Source of the DNA: Pyrodictium abyssi
Lineage (GTDB): Archaea > Thermoproteota > Thermoprotei_A > Sulfolobales > Pyrodictiaceae
Length of the DNA stretch: 32,000 nt
Reading direction: 5' to 3'
NCBI RefSeq assembly: GCF_036323395.1
Contig: NZ_AP028907.1
Span: 1,680,001-1,712,000 of the forward strand
Shown here one piece after another: positions 8,186 to 16,280 of this stretch (the stretch's first letter is position 1; every line of letters begins with the position of its first letter). A program made the translations under genes and the position numbers. The notes beneath the pieces are model-generated. The model ran no database searches. It was not told where the DNA came from and saw nothing but the letters and a program-made list of their open reading frames with translations.

Positions 8186-9919
8186 TTATGGGAACTGCCA
8201 GTCCTTGGGTATCTCTCCTACTATCTCCACCGCCTTGGCCAGCTCTGGGTCCGCCTTCACCTTGCTTATGATGTAGTTCACCGCCTCCTCTGGCGTCATC
8301 TCGCCGCGCAGCACCTTGTCCACGGCGTCAGCGAATATCTTGGCGAGCTGCGGGTACTGCGGGTGTATCGGTGTCAGGTGTGTATATGCTAGCATCTTGC
8401 TCGCGCTAGCCAGGAACTCTATGTTTATCTCGTTGACAGTCGCCTTCACAATATCTGCTATCGCGTTCTTCACCTCGGGGCTTAGCTCGACCTCTAGCTT
8501 GGCTAGCTTATCCACCCAAGTTTTGTCGGATATTAGCTGCTCGGCTGCCTTTCTCACCGGTAGGTGTGCGCTTATGATGCTGTGTATCGCGTTTAGGTCC
8601 GGGTCGCTAGCCTTCACTACTAGCAGGAATGCTAGCATCTGGTAGACGTCGTGCAGCTCGTCGTACTTGGGGTTGTCCTTGCCAGCGTTGCTAGCTATCA
8701 TCCACACGAATGGCTGGCTGAGCGTCACGGGCTTGTCGCCGGGGTCACCGGCGGCGAAGAGCGTGTAGTAGAAGTACTTCTTCACCTCCTCGGCTGTTAG
8801 CGGCCTCTGCTCACCAGTCTTGGGGTCGGTGTAGTAGGGCTTGGTCTGCCACTCTGTCCAGTGCCAGGTGCCGCCTATCCATATCAGGGTCTTGCCGCTG
8901 ACAGTTGACGGGTGTATCTGCTTACCCCAGTCCCAGCTCATCATGTCCTCTGGTATGAGCTTGTCGCGCGCCATCTTCCACTCCACGTAGAGCCACTTGT
9001 AGACCGCTGGCACGTCTAGGACGAGCTTGCCTGTCTTGGGGTCGCTTAGCTTGCCGCCGAAGGCGTAGATGAACTGTATTAGGTCTGGGTGGGCGCTACC
9101 CTTACGGTGTAGTACTCCCCACTCGCTGCACCCGGTCTCCACGGCTAGCTTGGCGTAGCGGTAGATGTCGTGCCAGGTTACCTCGCCCTTCTGTATCTTC
9201 TCGGCTAGGCCTGTCAGTATGTCCTCGCCGGTCTTCTCCTTGATGCACGCTGCTACGTCGGTGCGCCAGTATAGAGGCCGCGCCTCAGTGTCTTGTGGCA
9301 CACCGTAGTACTTGCCCTTGTAGCGGACTGCGCCAAGCAAGCTCTGGTAGAAGTCGTTGAGGAAGTCGCGGTACGCCTCAAGGTACTGGGTTATGTCCAG
9401 GAGATAGCCCTCGTCGGCGAACCTTGCTATGTGCTTGTAGCTGTTAGCCATTATGTCGGGGTTAGCCTGGCTCTGGAAGGCCGCAGCGAAGTCCTCTGCC
9501 AGCTGGTCGCCGCCGCCGCGCTTGAACTTCTGCTCCACGGTTATCTTGAAGTCTACGCCATGCTTCTCTAGTATCTTGTTGAGCCTGTAGGCCGCCTCCA
9601 CGACGGCTAGGGTCCTCAGCACGCTGTTGGGGTCTCCAGCGCCCCAGACGGTGTACTTGGCCTCATGTATCCCCTGGGAGGCAAGGTACCGGCCTATAGC
9701 GACTATGTCCTGCTCTATGTTCCCGGTGAGCCTAGGCTTCTCGGGCTTAGCCTGCGCCGCCGGCTGTGCGGCCGGCTGGGTAGCCGGCGACGCTGGAGAC
9801 GTCTCCGCGGGGGCGGCTGGCTTCTCGCCTCCACGGAGGAGGAACGCGGCGCCGACCACCACGAGGAGGATGACTATGCCTGCTATGACTAGGCTCGTGC
9901 GCTGGGCCACGACTGTCAC
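8186..9919 (-). CDS. Extracellular solute-binding protein (family 1-like), membrane-anchored
   Basis: N-terminal TM LVIAGIVILLVVVGAAFLL, Pro/Ala-rich linker, periplasmic-binding-protein-like body; first gene of the ABC operon. Confidence 0.88.
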   Translation of the reverse strand: MTVVAQRTSLVIAGIVILLVVVGAAFLLRGGEKPAAPAETSPASPATQPAAQPAAQAKPEKPRLTGNIEQDIVAIGRYLASQGIHEAKYTVWGAGDPNSVLRTLAVVEAAYRLNKILEKHGVDFKITVEQKFKRGGGDQLAEDFAAAFQSQANPDIMANSYKHIARFADEGYLLDITQYLEAYRDFLNDFYQSLLGAVRYKGKYYGVPQDTEARPLYWRTDVAACIKEKTGEDILTGLAEKIQKGEVTWHDIYRYAKLAVETGCSEWGVLHRKGSAHPDLIQFIYAFGGKLSDPKTGKLVLDVPAVYKWLYVEWKMARDKLIPEDMMSWDWGKQIHPSTVSGKTLIWIGGTWHWTEWQTKPYYTDPKTGEQRPLTAEEVKKYFYYTLFAAGDPGDKPVTLSQPFVWMIASNAGKDNPKYDELHDVYQMLAFLLVVKASDPDLNAIHSIISAHLPVRKAAEQLISDKTWVDKLAKLEVELSPEVKNAIADIVKATVNEINIEFLASASKMLAYTHLTPIHPQYPQLAKIFADAVDKVLRGEMTPEEAVNYIISKVKADPELAKAVEIVGEIPKDWQFP

Positions 9920-9955
9920 CCTTACCTAGAACTGCCGTATATATAGGACATGGCT

Positions 9956-9966
9956 GAAATAATTAA
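9956..9966 (-). promoter_or_regulatory. Candidate TATA element for the ABC transporter operon
   Basis: AT-rich CTTAATTATTT on the minus strand about 40 nt upstream of the GTG start at 9919; alternative tatatata at about 9932-9939. Confidence 0.35.
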
Positions 9967-10084
9967 GCGTTATCATTTTCCGCCCATGGACTGAGCTACA
10001 CCGTACTCCCAGCTTCTAACGGGATAGCTCCCCGGGCAGTGCTACGGGGGATGCTTACCTGACGCGAGGAGCCGGCTCGCTAGG

Positions 10085-10093
10085 CTTTTATTA
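10085..10093 (+). promoter_or_regulatory. Candidate TATA element for thrC, implying a nearly leaderless transcript
   Basis: CTTTTATTA about 24 nt upstream of the GTG at 10109. Confidence 0.4.
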
Positions 10094-10108
10094 CAGCGGG
10101 CAGCAGGA

Positions 10109-11389
10109 GTGGGCATGGCGTGGGAGTTTGGATACGCGGCAGGCGATGCCCTTGGATTCGCGCATGAGGTAGAACTTTACTGCATCTCCTGCGGGGAGAG
10201 GTACCCGCCGCACCCCAGGCTGACACGCTGCACCCGCTGCGGCGGGCTCCTCGACGTAAGGGTGGCACCTAGGGAGCCCCCGTCCTGGCGGATATGGGAG
10301 CAGCGCAGGCCAGGGGTGTGGCGGTACTGGGAGCTACTACCAGCAGTCAGCGACACTAAGCCAGTGACGCTGGGCGAGGGCGCTACGCCGCTAGTGGAGC
10401 TCGAGCGTATAGGCCGGATGCTGGGGCTGAGGAGGCTCTACGCTAAGAACGAGGGCCAGAACCCCACCGGGAGCTTCAAGGACCGCGGCATGACCGTAGC
10501 GGTATCGCTGGCTAAGGCTATACGCGCGCGTGCCCTCATCGTGGCTAGCACTGGCAACACGGCAGCCAGCGTCTCAGCGTACGCTGCACGCGCCGGGCTG
10601 CGGAGGATAGTAGTGGTGCCGCGGAGAAAGACAGCGCTGGGCAAGCTGGCGCAGAGCGTACTCTACGGCGCAGACATAGTCGAGATCGAGGGAAGCTTCG
10701 ACGCGGCCCTCAAGGCCGTCATGACGGCTGTGGAGGAGGACCCGAGGCTCTACCCGCTGAACAGCTTCAACCCGTGGAGGCTCGAGGGCCAGAAGACCCT
10801 AGCCTACGAGGTCGCCGAGGCGCTGGGAGGCGAGCCGCCCGACTGGGTGGTTGTGCCCGTCGGCAACGCGGGCAACATATCGGCGATATGGAAGGGGTTC
10901 AAGGAGCTCTACCGCTACGGGCTGATAACCAGGCTCCCCCGGATGGCCGGGGTGCAGGCTGAGGGCGCTGCCCCGCTGGCGAGGGCGTGGCAGAAGGGCC
11001 TAGACAAGCCGCTGTTCGTCGACAAGCCGGAGACACGCGCCACAGCGATAAGGATCGGCCACCCGGTGAACTGGCCTAAGGCCATGCGCGCTGTGAAGGA
11101 GAGTAACGGCGTCTTCACCATAGTCAGTGACGAGGAGATCGTCAGGGCTCAGGCGATGCTAGCACGGCTCGAGGGCGTAGCGGTGGAGCCTGCTAGCGCC
11201 GCGAGCCTCGCAGGGCTGATGCGGCTCGTCGAGGACGGCGTCATAGCGCCGGACGAGACCGTAGTGATAGTGCTGACGGGCCACGGGCTGAAGGACCCAC
11301 AGGCCATGCTCGAGGCTGGCGCGAGGAGGTACGTGGCGGGAAGCCCCGAGGAGGCTGTGAAGATAGTACTAGGGCTCGCCGAGAGCTAG
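10109..11389 (+). CDS. thrC: Threonine synthase
   Basis: N-terminal CxxC...CxxC (YCISCGERY...CTRCGG); PLP lysine motif NEGQNPTGSFKDRGM; VASTGNTAASVSAYAARAG; VVPVGNAGNISAIWKGF. ATG at 10115 is an alternative start. Confidence 0.93.
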   Translation: MGMAWEFGYAAGDALGFAHEVELYCISCGERYPPHPRLTRCTRCGGLLDVRVAPREPPSWRIWEQRRPGVWRYWELLPAVSDTKPVTLGEGATPLVELERIGRMLGLRRLYAKNEGQNPTGSFKDRGMTVAVSLAKAIRARALIVASTGNTAASVSAYAARAGLRRIVVVPRRKTALGKLAQSVLYGADIVEIEGSFDAALKAVMTAVEEDPRLYPLNSFNPWRLEGQKTLAYEVAEALGGEPPDWVVVPVGNAGNISAIWKGFKELYRYGLITRLPRMAGVQAEGAAPLARAWQKGLDKPLFVDKPETRATAIRIGHPVNWPKAMRAVKESNGVFTIVSDEEIVRAQAMLARLEGVAVEPASAASLAGLMRLVEDGVIAPDETVVIVLTGHGLKDPQAMLEAGARRYVAGSPEEAVKIVLGLAES

Positions 11390-11449
11390 GGGCTAGACCC
11401 CCGGCATCCGGCAGCGCAGCCGAGCCACGAGCCGAGGCGCCGTTTTACC

Positions 11450-12337
11450 TCATCCACCCTGTACGATGTGCTGCGGCCGGGCATCGGCGCGGACTGCTAC
11501 CCGTTGTCCTCCCCCCGGGCCCTCTGCGTCCCTTCTGCCTGCTGCTTCTACGCGGCGTGTGTAGAGGAGGTAGCCCGTGTGGGCTATCATCGTGGTGCGT
11601 GGCCGGAGCGCGTCGCAGCGTGGCTCGTACTCGCGGAGTAGGACCTCGTAGACCCTGTTCTCTGCCCATCCCCCGTGGAGCTCCAGGGCTGCGAGGAGCC
11701 GGGCGACCTGGTTGACCGCCGGGAGGAAGAAGACCACTCCCGCGCCCGGCCGGAGAGCCCGGTGCAGGACGGGCAGTACAGCCCACGGGTCGGGCATGTC
11801 TACCACGGCTGCGTCTAGGCCCTCCTCGTCTACGCCGAGCCTGGCGTCCCGGTGCTTGAGCTCCACCCGGTCTAGCAGCCCCACCGTCTCTAGGTTCCGC
11901 CTAGCGGTCTCGAGCATGTCGCGCCGGATCTCATAGCTGTACACCCTGCCCTCGGGGCCCACGGCGCGGGCTAGGACTATCGTTGTGTAGCCGCTGCCTA
12001 CGCCTATCTCTAGGACACGGCTCCCCGGCTCTATGTCTAGGAGCATCAGTATGAACCCGTGGTCCTTCGGGTATATGACCTGGCTGCGGCGCCGCAGCCC
12101 CCTCTCCATGTAGTCTACCAGCCGCGGCTGGAGCACCAGCGCCTCGACACCACTGCTGAGCCGGACCCGGGAGCCGTAGCGGAGCCCCAGGAGGTCGTCG
12201 TGCCGTAGTACGCCCCGGTCGCTGCCCTGGACCCGGCCGCGCCCAACGCGGAATATGAAACGCCTCCTCTCGTCCACCACAAGCAGTACCGGGCAGCCCT
12301 CGCAGACTACGTCGCGGCAGCACTCCTCCCCCGCCAT
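11450..12337 (-). CDS. trmI: tRNA (adenine-N1)-methyltransferase, TrmI-like (m1A57/58)
   Basis: RRSQVIYPKDHGFILMLLDIEPGSRVLEIGVGSGYTTIVLARAVGPEGRVYSYEIR; AVVDMPDPWAVL. Confidence 0.88.
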   Translation of the reverse strand: MAGEECCRDVVCEGCPVLLVVDERRRFIFRVGRGRVQGSDRGVLRHDDLLGLRYGSRVRLSSGVEALVLQPRLVDYMERGLRRRSQVIYPKDHGFILMLLDIEPGSRVLEIGVGSGYTTIVLARAVGPEGRVYSYEIRRDMLETARRNLETVGLLDRVELKHRDARLGVDEEGLDAAVVDMPDPWAVLPVLHRALRPGAGVVFFLPAVNQVARLLAALELHGGWAENRVYEVLLREYEPRCDALRPRTTMIAHTGYLLYTRRVEAAGRRDAEGPGGGQRVAVRADARPQHIVQGG

Positions 12338-12489
12338 CCCCGTCTCGGCCCCAGGGAGCCACGTGCACGGCGCCAGGGCTGTATAATACCCGCTGGCCCC
12401 TCCAGAGGAAAGCTAGAGGCTTCAAGGTGCCACTGGGCTTGGATCCCGTAGACACGGGGGCCGGGGAGGGCGGAGGCCCACTGGGCAGT

Positions 12490-13044
12490 ATGCGCCGCCA
12501 GCTGGGGAGGCCAGTGGTCCTGGCGGCTGCTGTGCTCGCCGCAGCTGCTGCCGCTGTCCTGCTCATGGGCTCCGGAGGGGGCTCCGACGGCCAGGCGGCT
12601 GTGGGCGGGCTGTTCTACCCGGAGACGCTGCCGGGCGGCTACAGCGTCGAGAAGGTAGTAGCGGGCGACGAGGCCCTAGCAATGGTCAAGGGTATACACT
12701 GGGAGCCGGGCATGGTTAGGGCTGAGAGGGCGCTCATAGTGGTCTACAGCGACGGGACACGGCTCTGGATAGTAGATACGGGCGGGGACGCCTGCGGCCT
12801 CGTGGCCAGGATGGCTGAGAAGATGAGGATGTACCAGGACCGGCTACCGTACACGGCGCCGGTAGAGCACAGTATAGGCGGCACAACGGTCTACATGTCG
12901 CTAGACAAGAGGGACGGCCGGCTCCACGTCTTCTGGTGCCGCGGCAGCCTAGCCGCCTGGGCGGAGCTAGGCGCCTCCGCCTACACGGGCCAGGGCGCCG
13001 CGCTAGAAGTGCTGAGCGCGCTCATACAGGGCGTCCACGCCTAA
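12490..13044 (+). CDS. Hypothetical secreted/membrane-anchored protein
   Basis: ORF open from 12427; ATG at 12490 gives MRRQLGRPVVLAAAVLAAAAAAVLLMG, a signal/TM segment, then a soluble domain with a Cys pair. Confidence 0.65.
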   Translation: MRRQLGRPVVLAAAVLAAAAAAVLLMGSGGGSDGQAAVGGLFYPETLPGGYSVEKVVAGDEALAMVKGIHWEPGMVRAERALIVVYSDGTRLWIVDTGGDACGLVARMAEKMRMYQDRLPYTAPVEHSIGGTTVYMSLDKRDGRLHVFWCRGSLAAWAELGASAYTGQGAALEVLSALIQGVHA

Positions 13045-13344
13045 GCAGTCTAGGCGCAGACCCCCCGGGCTGGAGGAGTTAAGAGGCGGGCCCGGTGCTC
13101 CAAGCCAGCCTGGGGCGTGATGAACGCGCCGGAAGCGAACCCCGGACCGAGGCGCCCAGCAGCATCTGCGGCAAATAGGGCGCTGATGGCGTAAGCCGGG
13201 TTGGCTGAACCCCGGTCCTCTACGCCTCCTCGCCAGCGCTTCTCCGCGGAGGAGACGCGGCCCTGGTGATACTCGGGGATTCACTAGCCCCTAGGCCGTA
13301 ACCCCCAGGGCCGCTGCTGTAAGGAGGCTCTCCGGGGACTAGCC

Positions 13345-13716
13345 GTGAGCGTGAGCATACAGGCTGCTGAGGCGCGCCACCCAGTAGCCCCGGGCCTACC
13401 CCTCGACAGGGCAGCCGAAGCCGCCTGTACAGCCGCGGCGGCCGCGGAGCATGAGTTCGAGGGGGACGTCTGGCTCCGGCTAGAGGAGATGCTCGTAGGG
13501 GAGCGGTTCACCGGCCTAGCCTGCGTGGAGTACGAGAACGGCCACACCCTAGGCCTCGCCGTCGTCGACGGCGTCGTGTTCGGCGCCTTCCTCGAGGACC
13601 CCGCCGGGGCCCCGGCGTGGGGCGAGGCAGCCGTGGCCGAGGCGGAGGCGCTCTGGGGCCCCGCCGTGGTGAGGCTAGCCCCTCTCAGCCTCGCCGAGCT
13701 AGAGGCAATAGCCTAG
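13345..13716 (+). CDS. Hypothetical small protein
   Basis: 123-aa ORF from GTG; plausible compact alpha/beta sequence GERFTGLACVEYENGHTLGLAVVDGVVFGAFLED; shares CTAG stop with the convergent M48 gene. A minus-strand ORF overlaps it. Confidence 0.55.
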   Translation: MSVSIQAAEARHPVAPGLPLDRAAEAACTAAAAAEHEFEGDVWLRLEEMLVGERFTGLACVEYENGHTLGLAVVDGVVFGAFLEDPAGAPAWGEAAVAEAEALWGPAVVRLAPLSLAELEAIA

Positions 13717-14618
13717 CCCCAGGAGCCGGTGCGCCAGGCCAGCTTCTCTAGGAGGTAGAGCCTGTAGCCGGGCCGGGGGTGCGGGTTCACGAGGAACGCT
13801 ACGCCTCGGCCCCCGCGGGGCCGGAGGCACCGCAGCGTGTCCAGGTAGGCTCTGGCCAGCCGGGGCTTCTCCGGCCCCGCACCGGTTATCCTGTAGAGCG
13901 CCGATATGCTCCACGCGCCCGCCGCTTCTAGGGCGTAGATGTCCGCTAGGTGCTCCCATGCCCAGCTAAACTGCACCCAGGAGACCCCGGCAGCCAGGAG
14001 CACGGCAGCGGCCAGGGCTACGCCCACGGGGCCTTGCTGGAGGAGGCTGGCCACGCCCGTCGCGAGGGCTGAAGCAGCCACAGCAACCACGACGACGAAG
14101 ACCGTGGAGGGGACCGGGCGCAGCGCCTCCAGGTGGCCAACCTCGTGGGCCACTATGGCTGCTGCCTCCTCTGGCGCTAGCCGCTGGTAGAGCCCAGTGG
14201 TCGCGTAGACCCGGCCGGTGATGGCTACTGTGAACGCAGTGGGTATGGGCGAGGAGAGGATGGACACCCTGTGGACCTTGCCATGTATCCCGTATAGCAG
14301 GTTGTCCACGGTCCGGCGCCCGAAGTGGTAGTTGAGGACCATGTATGCGCCGGCTAGCGCCGGGAAGGCGAGCGATAGCGTAATCTTGTCGAAGTCTCCT
14401 ACGCCGCCGGTGAGAAGCATCATCGCCGTAACCGCCGAGAGCATTAGCATCCTTAGCCTCCTCCACGCCCCCTGGGGGTTGCTACGGGCTACGTACACGT
14501 ATGCCGCCGGCAGTAACGCCGAGACAGCCAGCCCCATGTAGAGTAGGGGTTCGCGCATACCCTGCACCGCCACGCCGCTCAGTACCGTCGTACAGCGTTC
14601 TGGCCCCCGGGCCGACAC
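13713..14618 (-). CDS. M48-family (HtpX-like) membrane metallopeptidase
   Basis: IVAHEVGHLEAL (HExxH) with flanking TM segments; downstream EHLADIYALEAAG glutamate motif. Confidence 0.85.
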   Translation of the reverse strand: MSARGPERCTTVLSGVAVQGMREPLLYMGLAVSALLPAAYVYVARSNPQGAWRRLRMLMLSAVTAMMLLTGGVGDFDKITLSLAFPALAGAYMVLNYHFGRRTVDNLLYGIHGKVHRVSILSSPIPTAFTVAITGRVYATTGLYQRLAPEEAAAIVAHEVGHLEALRPVPSTVFVVVVAVAASALATGVASLLQQGPVGVALAAAVLLAAGVSWVQFSWAWEHLADIYALEAAGAWSISALYRITGAGPEKPRLARAYLDTLRCLRPRGGRGVAFLVNPHPRPGYRLYLLEKLAWRTGSWG

Positions 14619-14748
14619 GGCTGCTATAGCTGCTGTGGCTTCTGCTCCTCAGCCCCTGGGGCGACAGCTAAGAGGCTATAGCCTCTTAGCTTCCTCCTAC
14701 GAAGGGTATAGCTGGGCGCGGACCACGGTAGGCGAGCGGTGAAGCGGC

Positions 14749-15252
14749 ATGGTGGATGAGCAAGGCATAGAGCCTCGTATAGAGAGGCTGCTGGCGTCGC
14801 TTGAGAAGATAAAGCAGCAGCTAGAGGACATAGCGCTCGACGAGATGAGCGAGGCGCGGGCCTACAGCAATATGGCGCGCGTGTGCTACGAGGATAATGC
14901 CCGCTGGAACCTGTTCCTCATAGCCATGGACAGTATAGTTCACCAGGAGATAGCGTGGGCACTGATACGCGCGATAAACGAGATACAGGTGATGGCTAAG
15001 GAGCTGCTTAGCCACCGGCCACGGCGCGAGGACATGGGCCAGGTGGTCGACCTCGTGGAGATACACAAGAGCATCGAGGACCTGGCTAAGTCCAGCTACG
15101 AGGGTCTACTCCACCTAGCCGAGCCGGGGACAACCCTCCGGAAGCTCCTCGAGCTCCTGGTCGAGGAGGAGAAGAAGCACGAGCAGCTAGCAGTAGCCAC
15201 GGTGAAGAGGCTGCGCAGCGTGCTCCAGGAGAGGGAGGGCGGGGAGAGCTAG
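14749..15252 (+). CDS. Conserved-looking all-helical protein, possibly ferritin-like
   Basis: 167-aa charged helical ORF with spaced Glu/His (DSIVHQEIAW, VEIHKSIEDL, EEEKKHEQLA). Fold assignment is inference. Confidence 0.6.
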   Translation: MVDEQGIEPRIERLLASLEKIKQQLEDIALDEMSEARAYSNMARVCYEDNARWNLFLIAMDSIVHQEIAWALIRAINEIQVMAKELLSHRPRREDMGQVVDLVEIHKSIEDLAKSSYEGLLHLAEPGTTLRKLLELLVEEEKKHEQLAVATVKRLRSVLQEREGGES

Positions 15253-16103
15253 ACGTAGCCCTCCTCCATGCATATCTTCTTCATGACTAGGGCGTCGCGG
15301 TCGAGTATCGGGCTCTCCGATATCACAATGCCCTCGATGCCCGTCTCCCTGTAGCCGCGGCAGACAGTCCTCCACTCGGGGCCATACTCCTCCTCGGCGA
15401 GGGTGTGGTGCTCGCGCTCGCCTCCCCGGCCGTACTCTATCCTGCTGAAGTGCGTGTGTAGCGGCTTCACCGCCCAGGTGCCTAGCTCGCGCTCTATCCT
15501 CTCTATGACCTCTATAACGTGGTCGAGGCTGGTTATGTAGCTGCCCTCGCTCCTCGCGTAGAGGTGCGCCCAGTCCACCGTAGGCCGGCACATCTCTATC
15601 TCGCGGCAGATCTCTATCACGTCGTCCAGGCTCCCGACCTGGCTGCTCTTGCCCGTGGTCTCGGGCGACAGCCAGACCCCCTTGATGCCCTCCTGCCGCA
15701 TCCACTCGGCCAGGGGGCGTAGGTTCTCTACCACCTTGCGGAGCGCGTCGCGGGGGCTAGGGTTGTCCCTGTAGTAGCCCGGGTGGAACACGACCGCGTA
15801 CGCGCCCATCCAGCTCGCGGCCCGCAGGGCAGCCTTAAGCCTCTCGATGCTCTTCTTTACCGTCTCCTGGTTCCCCGCGAGGTTGATGTAGTATGGGGCG
15901 TGCATCGAGACTACTACGCCGTAGCGCTCAGCAGCCTCGCGTATAGCGCGGGCCTTCTGCTCGCTCACGCGGACCCCGCGTACAGCCTCGTACTCTATAG
16001 CGTCGAGGCCAATACCCGCTATGTACTCTATAGCCCTGGCGTAGTCGCCCTGCTTCATGCCCACCGGCTTGCCCGCCGGGCCAAACCTCATACGACGGCT
16101 CAT
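15249..16103 (-). CDS. nfo: Endonuclease IV-like AP endonuclease (xylose-isomerase-like TIM barrel)
   Basis: VSMHAPYYINLA, YAVVFHPGYY, LSPETTGK, VDWAHLYAR, KPLHTHFS: ordered metal-ligand motifs of endonuclease IV. Confidence 0.85.
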   Translation of the reverse strand: MSRRMRFGPAGKPVGMKQGDYARAIEYIAGIGLDAIEYEAVRGVRVSEQKARAIREAAERYGVVVSMHAPYYINLAGNQETVKKSIERLKAALRAASWMGAYAVVFHPGYYRDNPSPRDALRKVVENLRPLAEWMRQEGIKGVWLSPETTGKSSQVGSLDDVIEICREIEMCRPTVDWAHLYARSEGSYITSLDHVIEVIERIERELGTWAVKPLHTHFSRIEYGRGGEREHHTLAEEEYGPEWRTVCRGYRETGIEGIVISESPILDRDALVMKKICMEEGYV

Positions 16104-16280
16104 AGCGTCTCCCAGCCCTACACTACCAGGGCGCTGGGCCCCTTGAAGAGGCTCGCGGCATAGGAGACAGGCAGAGAGCCGGGACGAGGAGGGCTCAGCG
16201 GATCCACCCTCTGCATCCCCCGGGGCCCTAACGGCCCCGGGCTCGAGCCCGCCACACTCGTCACAGCCCCGGGCCGGTGT

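Noticed and set aside
11931-12566. 211-aa minus-strand ORF overlapping the TrmI-like gene and its divergent neighbour
   Set aside because: Shadow ORF of GC-rich coding DNA: low-complexity R/P/G/A-rich translation and overlap with better-supported genes.
13117-13208. Possible C/D box sRNA (GTGATGA ... CTGA)
   Set aside because: Box spacing is about 80 nt, too long for a typical archaeal C/D sRNA, and no matching internal D'/C' pair with about 12-nt guides was found. Kept only as part of the structured-RNA finding.
13160-13210. CAAATAGG followed by GCCGGGTTGGCTG, reminiscent of bacterial RNase P RNA elements
   Set aside because: The essential conserved regions (GAGGAAAGTCC-like CR-I and ACAGAA...GGCTTA-like CR-V) are not found in correct order on this strand. 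Similarity is too short to call rnpB.
15187-16163. ORFs 15187-15705 (-), 15519-15722 (+) and 15783-16163 (+) overlapping the endonuclease IV-like gene
   Set aside because: No recognisable motifs; the Nfo-like frame has ordered catalytic motifs.
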